DNA from: Gemmatimonadota bacterium
GTDB taxonomy: Bacteria; JAAXHH01
Direction: 5' to 3'
Assembly (NCBI GenBank): GCA_026702745.1
Contig: JAPPBT010000058.1
Location: forward strand, 72,408 to 136,407
DNA: 64,000 bases
A program made the position numbers and the translations under genes. How positions within the stretch are numbered: position 1 is the stretch's first letter; the number at the start of each line of letters is the position of its first letter. This document shows positions 48,871 through 58,849 of the stretch, piece by piece. Under the pieces are notes generated by a model, which made no database searches, was not told the origin of the DNA, and saw only the letters and a list, made by a program, of their open reading frames with translations.

Positions 48871-49293
48871 TCAGACGAACTCCAGGTCGCCGGCGTCATT
48901 GATCCGCCGATAGTAGCAACCGATCCGGTACTGGCCATCGCTGTCCTTCGTGTGACAGGCTCCGCCGCCCTGGGGGGTCACGAGATAGACCACGGAATTC
49001 TGCTCGCAGTTAATGCGGACTTCATCGATTCCCAGCGCGTTTCCAGACGTGGCGCCCTTGACCCACAGCTCGTTCCGCGAAGTACTCCAGAACGTGGCGA
49101 TCCCGGTCTTCAGGGATTCGTCCAGGGCCAGGCGATTGATGTAGGCCAGGATCAACACTTCCTTCGTGGTCGAATCCTGCACGACTACCGGCAGCACGTC
49201 CTCCTCGATGCCCGCGATCTGCCTGAGTTTCGAGAAATCGAGCGTCTCCTTCGAACCCTCTTCCAGGTGATCGGATCCTGATGATGTCGTCAT
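48871..49293 (-). CDS. hisI: Phosphoribosyl-AMP cyclohydrolase
   Basis: PVVVQD, FWSTSRNELWVKGATSGN, NCEQN, GACHT..C. Confidence 0.9.
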   Translation of the reverse strand: MTTSSGSDHLEEGSKETLDFSKLRQIAGIEEDVLPVVVQDSTTKEVLILAYINRLALDESLKTGIATFWSTSRNELWVKGATSGNALGIDEVRINCEQNSVVYLVTPQGGGACHTKDSDGQYRIGCYYRRINDAGDLEFV

Positions 49294-49387
49294 TTTTTCT
49301 CCAAGTGTCTACAAAGTATCTACAAGAGTGCAATCGTGAGAGGACGGCGCAGGGATTGGAGGCCAGATCAGATGCGCCAGTGATCAT

Positions 49388-50134
49388 CTACAGAAGATGG
49401 TCGTCTGCCGCATGACGTGCGCCGACGCCCTTCTGCATGCGCATTAGCTGCTTCTGCCGGGGTGACAGCCCTTCGAACCACTCGTCCCGGAAACCGTCGT
49501 GGGGATCGAGTTGGAAGAGGAGCATGGACTTGCGGTAATGCCCGAACAGGGCGTGCCGGTTGCGGTCGGTGGTATTCGCTCCGCCGCCGTGCCAGCACTG
49601 TCCGTTGAAGATCAGCACGCTGCCCGCGGAAGCCTCGGGCTGGTAGACGTGCGGCACCTCCATGCCCTCCGGCGGACCGGCCCACCCGCTTTTGTGCGAA
49701 CCGGGAACGATCCGCGTACCGCCGATCTCCGCATCGAAATCGTCCAGCATCCAGATGGTGTTCATCATCACGGGAGAAACCGGGTTCAGCATGTGCTGAG
49801 GGATGTCGCTGTGGAAATCCTGGTAACCGTCCCCCGGCCGCACGATGCGGGAGCTCAGGCTGCCCAGCACGAGGGTCTTGTCCAGCACCCGTTCCAGGAC
49901 GGGCAGGATGACAGGATGATCGATGACCTGGAGGAACACCGGATTCAGGGTGGGCAGGTTCCGCACCAGCAGCGACGTGCCTCCGCGGTTCTCGTAACCG
50001 GCCTCGCCGTGTGCCGCGGCGACGCGGAGCAACGCCTCGCGAAACGTGTGTACCTGGGACGCCGTCAGCACGTCGGGCAACAGCGTGAAGCCGAAGGTGT
50101 CGATTTCGGCGAGGGCCTGTTCGAATGCATCCAT
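49388..50134 (-). CDS. PhyH family dioxygenase
   Basis: FHSD, GGTRIVPGSH, AGSVLIFNG.CWHGGGAN..R; ATG overlaps upstream TGA. Confidence 0.88.
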   Translation of the reverse strand: MDAFEQALAEIDTFGFTLLPDVLTASQVHTFREALLRVAAAHGEAGYENRGGTSLLVRNLPTLNPVFLQVIDHPVILPVLERVLDKTLVLGSLSSRIVRPGDGYQDFHSDIPQHMLNPVSPVMMNTIWMLDDFDAEIGGTRIVPGSHKSGWAGPPEGMEVPHVYQPEASAGSVLIFNGQCWHGGGANTTDRNRHALFGHYRKSMLLFQLDPHDGFRDEWFEGLSPRQKQLMRMQKGVGARHAADDHLL

Positions 50135-50988
50135 CAATCGCTACCAATGGTGCGCTTGAGATAGGCCTTCAGCCGCTCCCAGGCGTCCAGCGCGGGTTCT
50201 TCGTTCTTCGGATCGCGCTCCACGTACAGCCAGAACCCGTGGTTGACGTCGTCGTAGATGTGCACGTCGTTCTCCACGCCGGCCTGGCGAAGCGCGGCGA
50301 CGAAGCTCTCCACCTGTTCGGGCGAGGGACCGCGGTCGAGTCCGGCGAAGGTCCCGTATATCTCGTGGTGAATGGCGCTGAGTCTTTCGGGATCGTCGAG
50401 CAGGCGTCCGTAGAAGATGGCGGTGGCGTCATGGTTCTCGCCGCCCAGGGCGTAGCTCAGGGCGACTCCGCCGCCGTAGCACCAGCCCATGGCACCGATC
50501 TTGCCGTTCACGTCCGGCCGCGATCTCAGGTAGGCCGCCGCCGCGTCCAGGTTGCGGATGATCTTGTCCATGTCGTCCAGCGTTTCCCGCACGAGCGCCA
50601 TGTTCTCGTCGCGGTTGCTTCCCGTTCGGCCCGAATACAGGTCGGCCGCCAGGGCGACGTAGCCCTCCGCGGCCAGCGCGTCGGCCACCTGCCTGACGCG
50701 GTCCACGAGGCCGTTCCATTCGTGGATCAGTATGACGGCGCCCCGGGGACCCGGCCCTTCCGGTTCCGCGAGATAACCCCTGGTCGCCTGGTCTTCATCG
50801 AAATAAGCCAGGTCGCCGCCGCGGGGTGCGCCGGCCTTGCCGAGAATGGCTTCGGGGATCTCGCTTTCGGACGTCGGCGCGTACGGTATCTGCTGCCCGT
50901 GGATCGCCAGCGCCGCAACGGCAAGTATGATGCACGCAACGTACGCAACGGGCATCGAATATCGCCTGCTGGATGTTATTCCTGCCAT
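50134..50988 (-). CDS. Exported dienelactone hydrolase family protein
   Basis: IHEWNGL, GWCYGG nucleophile elbow, NHGF; N-terminal hydrophobic signal. Confidence 0.9.
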   Translation of the reverse strand: MAGITSSRRYSMPVAYVACIILAVAALAIHGQQIPYAPTSESEIPEAILGKAGAPRGGDLAYFDEDQATRGYLAEPEGPGPRGAVILIHEWNGLVDRVRQVADALAAEGYVALAADLYSGRTGSNRDENMALVRETLDDMDKIIRNLDAAAAYLRSRPDVNGKIGAMGWCYGGGVALSYALGGENHDATAIFYGRLLDDPERLSAIHHEIYGTFAGLDRGPSPEQVESFVAALRQAGVENDVHIYDDVNHGFWLYVERDPKNEEPALDAWERLKAYLKRTIGSD

Positions 50989-51183
50989 GATGTTTACCTC
51001 TCATTCAAACGGGGAGGCCCTGCTCCGAAAGCACGGATTGGAAGCCTCGCGGGTATTTACTGTTTTCCATGAACAACGGGTTTCAATATACTTATCGAGA
51101 CATTGCGAATCAATCGTGAAATGCTACGTGTAATCTTTGTGTCGGCCACCCTCTAAATCGCGAGATGCCCTGCGGGAGAACCC

Positions 51184-51939
51184 ATGAAAAACAAGCTGAA
51201 AGAGAAGCTGCGCAACGGTGAAGTGACCTACGGCATATCTGTCGGCACCCCCAGTAACGACATCGTGGAGCTGGCGTCGAACCTGGCCTTCGACTGGATC
51301 TGGTTCGACGGAGAACACGGTCCGTTGAATGCCGAGATCCTTCATCCCATGATCCAGGCGACCCGGGGCCGGGACGTCACTCCGCTCGTCCGCGTGCCGT
51401 GGAACGACATGGTGCATATCAAGAAGGCGCTGGACATCGGGGCGGAAGGCCTGATCATTCCCTGGGTCAACAACCGGGAGCAGGCGGAGTACGCCGTCCG
51501 CGCGGCCAAGTATCCGCCCATGGGCATCCGCGGAATGGGCGCCCGGTTCCTGAATACCGCGGGACTGGATCTGGCCGAATACCTCCGCACCGCCAACGAA
51601 GAAACCTTCATCATGGTCCAGATCGAAACCGTCGAAGCCGTGGACAACCTGGACGAAATTCTCACCACGCCCGGCGTCGATGCATTCCTGGTCGGGCCGA
51701 ACGACCTCGCGGCCTCCCATGGATACGTGGGCCAGCCGACGCACCCGGAGATGGAGAAAGTCGTCAAGGGGATCATGGACCGGGGAAAGGAACTCGGCGT
51801 GCCCGGCGGATACGCGTTCATCTCGATGGACGCCAACCGGAAGCGGATAGAAGAGGGCTTCCAGTGGATCACCCTCGGAAGCGATATGGGGTTCCTGGCC
51901 CAGGCGGCCCGGGCGGCACTCGCGGAGGTCGGCAGGTAG
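51184..51939 (+). CDS. HpcH/HpaI family aldolase
   Basis: DGEHG, LVRVP, LDIGAEG, QIET, VGPNDL. Confidence 0.92.
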   Translation: MKNKLKEKLRNGEVTYGISVGTPSNDIVELASNLAFDWIWFDGEHGPLNAEILHPMIQATRGRDVTPLVRVPWNDMVHIKKALDIGAEGLIIPWVNNREQAEYAVRAAKYPPMGIRGMGARFLNTAGLDLAEYLRTANEETFIMVQIETVEAVDNLDEILTTPGVDAFLVGPNDLAASHGYVGQPTHPEMEKVVKGIMDRGKELGVPGGYAFISMDANRKRIEEGFQWITLGSDMGFLAQAARAALAEVGR

Positions 51940-51948
51940 CTTTTCGGA

Positions 51949-53292
51949 TCAGTCCTCGTTCCGGTCTTTCGAAAGCCGCCGTCGAATGGCCATGGCGTGG
52001 GCGGACAGGCCTTCGGCATCCGCGAGCCGGATCGCGGACGGTCCCAATCGTTTCTCGGCCCGTTCGTTGACCGCGAACAGGCTGGTGATCTTCAGGAAGT
52101 CCCGGACGCTCAAGGGCGAGTGGAACCGGGCGCTGCCCCCGGTGGGCATGATGTGGCTGGGGCCGGTAACGTAGTCGCCCAGGGCCTCGGAGGAATGTTC
52201 TCCCACGAAGATCCCCCCGGCGTTTTGAATCCCGTCCACCAGCGGCCAGGGATACGCCACCAGCAGGCACAGGTGCTCTGGCGCGTAGGCATTGGCCAGT
52301 TCGGCCGCCTCTTCCAGACTCGATACAAGCACGATCCCTCCGTGCTGCACCAGGGAAGAACGGATGGTGTCCGCTCGGTCCAGTTCGGTCAGTTGCTCCT
52401 CCACGGCCTGTTGCACCGCCAGGGCCAGCGTGGACGACGGCGTGATCAATAGGGCGCTCGCCATCGTATCGTGCTCGGCCTGCGCCAGCAGGTCGGCCGC
52501 CGCGAGGTCCGGGCTGGCCGTCTCGTCGGCGATGAGCAGGGTCTCGGTGGGGCCGGCGAGCTGGTCGATATCCACGATCCCGTACACCAGGCGCTTGGCC
52601 ACGGTCACGTACACGTTTCCCGGACCCACGATCTTGTCGACGCGTGGAACCGTCGCGGTGCCGTGGGCCATCGCCGCGATCGCCTGGGCGCCGCCGATGC
52701 GGTAGACCGCGTCCACACCCGCTACGGAGGCCGCGGCCAGCACGACGGGCGGAACCGCGCCGTCTCTTCCGGGAGGCGTGGCCACGACCACATTCCGTAC
52801 ACCCGCTACCCGGGCGGGGATCACGGCCATCAGCAGCGAGGAAGGATAGGCCGCGCCTCCGCCGGGCACGTAGACGCCCACCCGATCCAGCGGCCGGACG
52901 ATCTGGCCGGTGCCGCCCTCTTCATCCCAGTGCGTCCAGGACCCGGCCGGCTGGCGCGCTTGAAATGACCGAATGCGCTCAGCCGCGGTTTCCAGGGCAT
53001 CGCGCAAATCGGAAGGCAGCGATTCGGCCGCCTCGTCGATTTCGGACCGGGGGACCTCGAAGGCGTCAGGAGCGCTTCCGTCCAGCAGCCGGGCGTACCG
53101 CCTGATCGCATCATCCCCGCTGTTTCTGACGTCGTCGATGATGCGGGCTACCGCCTTTTCCGCCGTCAGTGGCTCGCCGAACAGTTTCCTGTTCCGTGCT
53201 TCGATTTCCGGTGCGTGCATGGCCTCGTTCAGCGGACGCCTCCGCAGGATACTCGACTTGGCCTCTTCGGCGGACATTATCCGGATGTTCAT
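51949..53292 (-). CDS. hisD: Histidinol dehydrogenase
   Basis: YVPGG, GGAQAI, GPGN, AGPTE, QAEHD, APEHL, GDY..GPSH.MPT. Confidence 0.96.
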   Translation of the reverse strand: MNIRIMSAEEAKSSILRRRPLNEAMHAPEIEARNRKLFGEPLTAEKAVARIIDDVRNSGDDAIRRYARLLDGSAPDAFEVPRSEIDEAAESLPSDLRDALETAAERIRSFQARQPAGSWTHWDEEGGTGQIVRPLDRVGVYVPGGGAAYPSSLLMAVIPARVAGVRNVVVATPPGRDGAVPPVVLAAASVAGVDAVYRIGGAQAIAAMAHGTATVPRVDKIVGPGNVYVTVAKRLVYGIVDIDQLAGPTETLLIADETASPDLAAADLLAQAEHDTMASALLITPSSTLALAVQQAVEEQLTELDRADTIRSSLVQHGGIVLVSSLEEAAELANAYAPEHLCLLVAYPWPLVDGIQNAGGIFVGEHSSEALGDYVTGPSHIMPTGGSARFHSPLSVRDFLKITSLFAVNERAEKRLGPSAIRLADAEGLSAHAMAIRRRLSKDRNED

Positions 53293-53311
53293 CTTCCCCT
53301 CGCTGGTCTGG

Positions 53312-54364
53312 TCATGGGGTATTCCCCTTCGCGGGCCTCAGCGGCGCCAGCGCCTCGAGAATGGGACCGCAACCGAATTTCACGCAGTCCGTCGCCGGGA
53401 GCCCGGTCTCCCTGCTGACCTGGTCCACCTCCCGCCTGGCATCGTCCTGGGACAAGCCGATGCAGTTAAGTGATACGGCCACCACCCGGCAGGGGAACAG
53501 GGGCCGGGCAATGGTCTCGTGGGCTGTGATCATCTCCGCGTAGGACGGCACGGCCACGGGGAGGTTGCGCATCACGTCCCTCCCTGGCTGGTGGCACAGT
53601 ACCAGGGCCTGTGGCGCGACCCCGTGGAGCAGACCGAGCGATACGCCCGAATAGGAAGGATGCAGAATCGTGCCCTGCCCTTCGATGACCAGCAGTTCAC
53701 GGTGCTTGCGTTCCAGCACGAGTCTCTCCGCCGCGCCCGATATGTAGTCCGCCGCCACCGTATCCACCGCGATGCCCGAACCCGCGATCATGATGCCGGT
53801 CTGCCCGGTGGCCACGAACTCGGCGTCCCAGCCCGCCTCGCGGGCCGCGCGGTCGATTTCGATCGCGGCGATCTTCTTGCCGATGCTGGAATCGGCGCCG
53901 ACGGTCAGTACGCGCAGGTTGGGGAGGCCGTGGACCTGGTGCCGCCCCACGTCCAGGTCTCCGGGCGGCTGCCGTACGTCCCACAGCCGCACGCCTTTCT
54001 GCCCGGCATGCCGGGCGAAGGCCTCGTCTTCGTTGAGAAAAGTATGCAGCCCGTTCACCACCTCTAGCCCGTGCTCGATAGCCTCGTGGATGACTTCCCT
54101 CCAGGCATTGGGCAGAACGCCCCCCGGCGTCGCGATGCCGATGACCAGCGAGGTCGGTTCGAAGGCCATCGCTTCCTGAAGCGTCGCCACGATCGGGATG
54201 CCCGTACCCACCTCGAGCACGTCTTCCAGCCGCTTGCCGGCGTACGCACTGTCGAGCACCGCCACGGTCTCGTCGGCCTTATAGCGGACCAGTGACGCGG
54301 CCGTCTTGGAGGAGAACGTGCCCAGTTGGCCCTCGGTGAGAATTACCATTCGCCTGGGTTGCAT
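53312..54364 (-). CDS. DUF1611 family protein (DgcN-like P-loop)
   Basis: KTAASL, GLH.FL, SIGKK, ATGQTGIMI, EGQG, GLLHG; start at MQPRR. Confidence 0.85.
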   Translation of the reverse strand: MQPRRMVILTEGQLGTFSSKTAASLVRYKADETVAVLDSAYAGKRLEDVLEVGTGIPIVATLQEAMAFEPTSLVIGIATPGGVLPNAWREVIHEAIEHGLEVVNGLHTFLNEDEAFARHAGQKGVRLWDVRQPPGDLDVGRHQVHGLPNLRVLTVGADSSIGKKIAAIEIDRAAREAGWDAEFVATGQTGIMIAGSGIAVDTVAADYISGAAERLVLERKHRELLVIEGQGTILHPSYSGVSLGLLHGVAPQALVLCHQPGRDVMRNLPVAVPSYAEMITAHETIARPLFPCRVVAVSLNCIGLSQDDARREVDQVSRETGLPATDCVKFGCGPILEALAPLRPAKGNTP

Positions 54365-54378
54365 ATACCCTTCGATCC

Positions 54379-55431
54379 TCAACTCATCGAAACAACGCGG
54401 CCGGTTTCCAGGGATTCCGTGGCAGCGTCCAGTACCTTCATGAGCTCCAGCATCTCGCGAGGCTGGACGGCCAGTTCGGCGCCTTCCGTCAGTACTGCCG
54501 CGATGTTCCGGTAGTAGTCCACCCAACTGCCTTTCACCGGATCCAGGATCATCTCCTCAACCGCTCCGTCCCGCTCCGTGGCCACCCGTACACGGTCTTC
54601 GGGTGCCTCCACCGCGTCCTCGATCCTGCCCTTCTTCATCCAGTCCTCCTGGGGATCGAGCCCCGTCTTTACCAGGGATCCCCGGGTACCCAGCACGTAC
54701 CAGTGGGGCTTGGAAATATGCGAAAGATTGCTGATTTCCATCCGGTACTCGGCACCCGTTTCGAAATACAGCGTGCAGGTGACATGATCTTCAATGTCCC
54801 CTTCCCACAGGCGTTTGTGGCCTTTGCAGTGGATCGCCTCGGGACGGCCGGCCAGCAGCTGCAGCCCCTGGTCGACCAGGTGCGCGCCCCAGTCGAAAAG
54901 CAGGCCGCCGCTTTCCGCCCGGCTCGTTCGCCAGCCCCGGGATGCCCGGAACCGGTGCACCGCCCTTTCGACCAGAAAAGGTTCACCAAGCAGGCCATCC
55001 TCCACCGCCTTGCGCACGGTCAGATAGCCCCAGTCCCAGCGGCGGTTGTGGAAGACGCTCAGCATGACCCCGCGCCGCCGGCTGACCGCGATCATTTCCC
55101 CGGCTTCGGCGGCCGACATGCACATGACCTTGTCGACGACCAGGTGTCTCCCGGCCTCCATGGCCTCGATGGCCAGGGACGCGTGGGTATGGTGAGGCGT
55201 GGCCAGGATGATCAACTGGATGCCGTCGTCCGCCAGGAGATCGGTCAGGGTCATGTAGGTATCCACGGACCCGTCCCGATGCGCCTGCGCCCGGCGTTCC
55301 GGGTCCCGGCTGGCCACAGCGGCGAGTTTCAACCCCTCGGTCCGCGAAACCAGGTAGGCATGGAAAAGCCGTCCCGCCAGTCCGTAGCCTACGATGCCCG
55401 TTCGTATCACGGTAATGCCCCGCGCCCGCAT
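54379..55431 (-). CDS. Gfo/Idh/MocA family oxidoreductase
   Basis: GIVGYGLAG, VVDK, FHNRRWD, GGLLFDWGAHLVDQ. Confidence 0.9.
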   Translation of the reverse strand: MRARGITVIRTGIVGYGLAGRLFHAYLVSRTEGLKLAAVASRDPERRAQAHRDGSVDTYMTLTDLLADDGIQLIILATPHHTHASLAIEAMEAGRHLVVDKVMCMSAAEAGEMIAVSRRRGVMLSVFHNRRWDWGYLTVRKAVEDGLLGEPFLVERAVHRFRASRGWRTSRAESGGLLFDWGAHLVDQGLQLLAGRPEAIHCKGHKRLWEGDIEDHVTCTLYFETGAEYRMEISNLSHISKPHWYVLGTRGSLVKTGLDPQEDWMKKGRIEDAVEAPEDRVRVATERDGAVEEMILDPVKGSWVDYYRNIAAVLTEGAELAVQPREMLELMKVLDAATESLETGRVVSMS

Positions 55432-55693
55432 CCATACCGCGCCCGCATCCATGCCATGCGGGCTCATTTCCCGTTGTCTTCCGGCAACCCGACGCAATCT
55501 ACCCGCGTCCTCCGCCCCGCCGGCTATGCGGGGGACAATATACGGGATGGGCCGGATGCATGGCAAACGCGAATTGGGTGGACTATAATGTCCGTGACAT
55601 TCCACCGGCGACGCGCTAATTTCCCGATTCAACCGTCTTTAATCCGCACTTTCCGATCTCATGCCGGATAACCAGCCGATCACAGGGCCATCC

Positions 55694-57205
55694 ATGGCAT
55701 CATCGCGACCGAACGTGCTCTGCATCCTCACCGACGACCAGGGCGTCTGGGCGGCGGGCTGTTACGGCAACGGGGAAATCCGTACGCCGCACATCGACCG
55801 GATCGCGGAGACCGGGGTGCGCTTCGACCGTTTCTTCGTGGCCACGCCTGTCTGCTCCCCCAGCCGCGCGACCCTGCTGACCGGCCGGATCCCCTCCCAG
55901 CATGGCGTGCACGACTGGATCAAGGGAGGCAATGTGGGCGAGGGCGCGGCCTCCTATCTCGATGGAGAAACGACGTATACCGATGTGCTCGCGGGCCACG
56001 GCTGGCGATGCGGCCTCAGCGGCAAGTGGCACCTGGGCAACAGCACCCTGCCCCAGCACGGGTTTTCCCACTGGTTCACCCACCAGTTCGGCGGCGGTCC
56101 CTACAATGATGCACCTATGGTCCGGAACGGCCTCCCGGTCACCGAACCGGGTTACGTTACGAACGTCATTACCGACGATGCGCTGGCCTTCATAGACCGG
56201 CACGCCAACCAGGATGATCCGTTCTACCTGAGTGTCCACTATACCGCGCCGCACAGTCCGTGGACGGGACATCCGCAGGATATTGTCGATTCCTACGATG
56301 ACTGCCCATTCGACTCCTGCCCCCAGGAGCCTGTCCACCCCTGGGCGGGCGGCCTGACCCGCGAATGCATGGGTGACCGGGAGAGCCTGAAGGGCTACTT
56401 CGCGGCCGTCACGGCCATGGACCTCGACGTCGGCCGGTTGCTGGACCGGCTCGATCATCACGGCATCCGGGAAGACACCCTGGTGGTCTTCCTGAGCGAC
56501 AACGGATTCAGCCTGGGACACCACGGGTTCTGGGGCAAGGGCAACGGGACCAGCCCGCTGAATATGTACGAGAACTCCATCCTGGTTCCTGCGCTCGTCA
56601 GCCAGCCCGGACGCCTGCCCGAAGGCGCCGTGCAGCCGGCGATGATCAGCGCCTACGATTTCATGCCCACACTCCTGTCCTACCTGGATCTGCCAGTGCC
56701 CTGGGACCGCAATCTGCCCGGGCGAAACGCAGTGGACGCCTGGATGTTCGGGGTGGCCCGGGGCGACCAGCCAGCGCGGTCCGCTCGGTCCGACCAGCCC
56801 GGAGGGGCAGCCCGGGACGTATCGTCCGACGCCGACCGGGACGAACAGGCGGCATCGACCGAGGCGTCCGACGCCGGCCGGGACCACGTCGTGGTATTCG
56901 ACGAATACGGTGGCACGCGCATGATCCGCACCGAATCCTGGAAGTACGTGCACCGGTATCCCGACGGACCCAACGAACTGTACAACCTGGCGAACGATCC
57001 GGACGAACGGGCGAATCTCGCGGACGACGCCGGTTACGCCGGCAGGCGCCGGTCGCTGCACGGAGAATTGGAGGACTGGTTCGAACGCTATGCCGACCCG
57101 GACCGGGACGGCTGGTCCTGGCCGGTCTCCGGCGCCGGCCAGCTAAGGCCCGTCGGCGGCGCACGGGATGACGACTCGCCGGCTTTCGAACAACTGACAT
57201 CGTGA
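55694..57205 (+). CDS. Sulfatase (Cys-FGly type)
   Basis: PNVLCILTDDQG, CSPSRATLLTG, GKWHLG, SDNG..GK. Confidence 0.93.
   Translation: MASSRPNVLCILTDDQGVWAAGCYGNGEIRTPHIDRIAETGVRFDRFFVATPVCSPSRATLLTGRIPSQHGVHDWIKGGNVGEGAASYLDGETTYTDVLAGHGWRCGLSGKWHLGNSTLPQHGFSHWFTHQFGGGPYNDAPMVRNGLPVTEPGYVTNVITDDALAFIDRHANQDDPFYLSVHYTAPHSPWTGHPQDIVDSYDDCPFDSCPQEPVHPWAGGLTRECMGDRESLKGYFAAVTAMDLDVGRLLDRLDHHGIREDTLVVFLSDNGFSLGHHGFWGKGNGTSPLNMYENSILVPALVSQPGRLPEGAVQPAMISAYDFMPTLLSYLDLPVPWDRNLPGRNAVDAWMFGVARGDQPARSARSDQPGGAARDVSSDADRDEQAASTEASDAGRDHVVVFDEYGGTRMIRTESWKYVHRYPDGPNELYNLANDPDERANLADDAGYAGRRRSLHGELEDWFERYADPDRDGWSWPVSGAGQLRPVGGARDDDSPAFEQLTS
56759..56820 (+). repeat. In-frame degenerate 9-bp-period insert in sulfatase (GDQPARSARSDQPGGAARD)
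   Basis: ggcgaccag ccagcgcgg tccgctcgg tccgaccag cccggaggg gcagcccgg. Confidence 0.55.
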
Positions 57206-57216
57206 AGGAGAACTCG

Positions 57217-57978
57217 ATGGCTGCAAGCAAAATCGCCGTTACGCTCTATACGTTGCGCGACTTCGTGCAGACGCCGGCCGACATTTCGGCCACCCTGAAG
57301 AAAGTCAAGTCCATCGGCTATGACCATATACAACTTTCGGCCCTCGGTCCCGTCGATCCCGCAGAACTCGGCAACATGATCCGGGACGCCGGCCTGCACG
57401 TCTGTGCCACGCACGTGCCCTTCGAACGGCTGCAGGATGAACCGAACAAAGTCATCGAAGAACACCGCCTCTGGGGGTGCGAGCATATCGCCGTCGGTTC
57501 CATGCCGCGGTCCTACTGGGACGATCCGGACGGGTTCTCCCGGTTCGCGGCGGACGCGTCGGTCGTGGCGCTCAGGCTGAAGAAAGCCGGCATGTCCTTC
57601 AGCTACCACAATCACCATACGGAACTCGTGCGCGTGGGTGGACGGACGGGACTGGCCATCCTGGTGGAGGACAGCGACCCCGCCCTGTGTTTCGAGATCG
57701 ACACCTACTGGATCCAGTACGGCGGGGGCGATCCGATCCACTGGATCGAACGGGTAAGCAACCGGTGCCCGGTCATCCACTTCAAGGACCTGGGCGTGTC
57801 GGGCAGGGATCAGGTGATGGCCGAGATCGGCGAGGGGAACATGAACTGGCCCGGTATCGTCGCCGCCTGCGAGACCGCCGGGGCCCAGTGGTACGTGGTC
57901 GAGCAGGATACCTGCGCAGGCGATCCCTTCGACAGTATCGCCGTCAGCTACCGCAACATGACCGCCATGGGACTATGA
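57217..57978 (+). CDS. Sugar phosphate isomerase/epimerase (IolE/xylose isomerase-like TIM barrel)
   Basis: LYTLRD, YHNH..E, EIDTYW, IHFKD, VEQD; AGGAG RBS. Confidence 0.88.
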   Translation: MAASKIAVTLYTLRDFVQTPADISATLKKVKSIGYDHIQLSALGPVDPAELGNMIRDAGLHVCATHVPFERLQDEPNKVIEEHRLWGCEHIAVGSMPRSYWDDPDGFSRFAADASVVALRLKKAGMSFSYHNHHTELVRVGGRTGLAILVEDSDPALCFEIDTYWIQYGGGDPIHWIERVSNRCPVIHFKDLGVSGRDQVMAEIGEGNMNWPGIVAACETAGAQWYVVEQDTCAGDPFDSIAVSYRNMTAMGL

Positions 57979-58041
57979 CCCATCGGGCGTACAGGACGCG
58001 CGACCAGCAAAAACGCAGACCGTGCATGAAAAGAGGAACAA

Positions 58042-58821
58042 ATGATCGATCTTTCCGGCAAGACAGCGCTGATCAGCGGTTCCTCCCGCGGGATCGGCAA
58101 AGGCATCGCACTGGAGATGGCCCGCGCCGGGGCGGACGTTGCCGTCAACTACTTCCGCCACCGGCAGGACGGCGAGGCCGTAGCGGAGGAAATCCGGGCC
58201 ATGGGGCGGCGGGCGGTTGTCATCGGCGCGGACGCGTCGGACCGGTCCGCCGTTGACGAGATGGTGGACCGGACCGCCAAGGATCTCGGCGGGCCTGATA
58301 TCGTCGTGGCCAATGCCTACTATTCCACGCGGGAGCCCTTTCTCGAGATGGACGTGGATGAACTTCGGAAAACCTACGATGTCAGCCTCTTCGGCGCCTT
58401 CCACGTGGCCCAGGCCGGCGCCCGGACGATGGCGGCCGGCGGGAAGGGGGGCAGCATCCTCTTCATCAGTTCAGTCATGTCCTTCCTCCCCTTCCCCACA
58501 TCGCTCGCCTACTCTTCGGCCAAGGCCGGCATGAACCACATGGCGGCCATTATCGCCCTCGAGCTGCTGGAGCACCGAATCCGCGTGAACGTGATCGAAC
58601 CCGGGTGGACCGACACGCCCGGCGAGCGGCAGTATTCCACGGAACAGGAACTCGAGGAGGGCGGCAAGCGGCTTCCCTGGGGCCGGATGGGCACGATCGA
58701 GGACCTGGGCAAGGCCGCCACTTTTCTTTGTTCCGACGCCGCGGACTACATCACCGGAGAAGTCTTGCGCGTAGACGGTGGCTTCTGGCTCAAGCGCGGC
58801 ACGGCCTCCATCAAGGAGTGA
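58042..58821 (+). CDS. SDR family oxidoreductase
   Basis: SGSSRGIG, YSSAK, VNVIEPG, YITGEVLRVDGG. Confidence 0.92.
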   Translation: MIDLSGKTALISGSSRGIGKGIALEMARAGADVAVNYFRHRQDGEAVAEEIRAMGRRAVVIGADASDRSAVDEMVDRTAKDLGGPDIVVANAYYSTREPFLEMDVDELRKTYDVSLFGAFHVAQAGARTMAAGGKGGSILFISSVMSFLPFPTSLAYSSAKAGMNHMAAIIALELLEHRIRVNVIEPGWTDTPGERQYSTEQELEEGGKRLPWGRMGTIEDLGKAATFLCSDAADYITGEVLRVDGGFWLKRGTASIKE

Positions 58822-58849
58822 CTTCCGGCACGGGCGGGCTTGACCAGGT

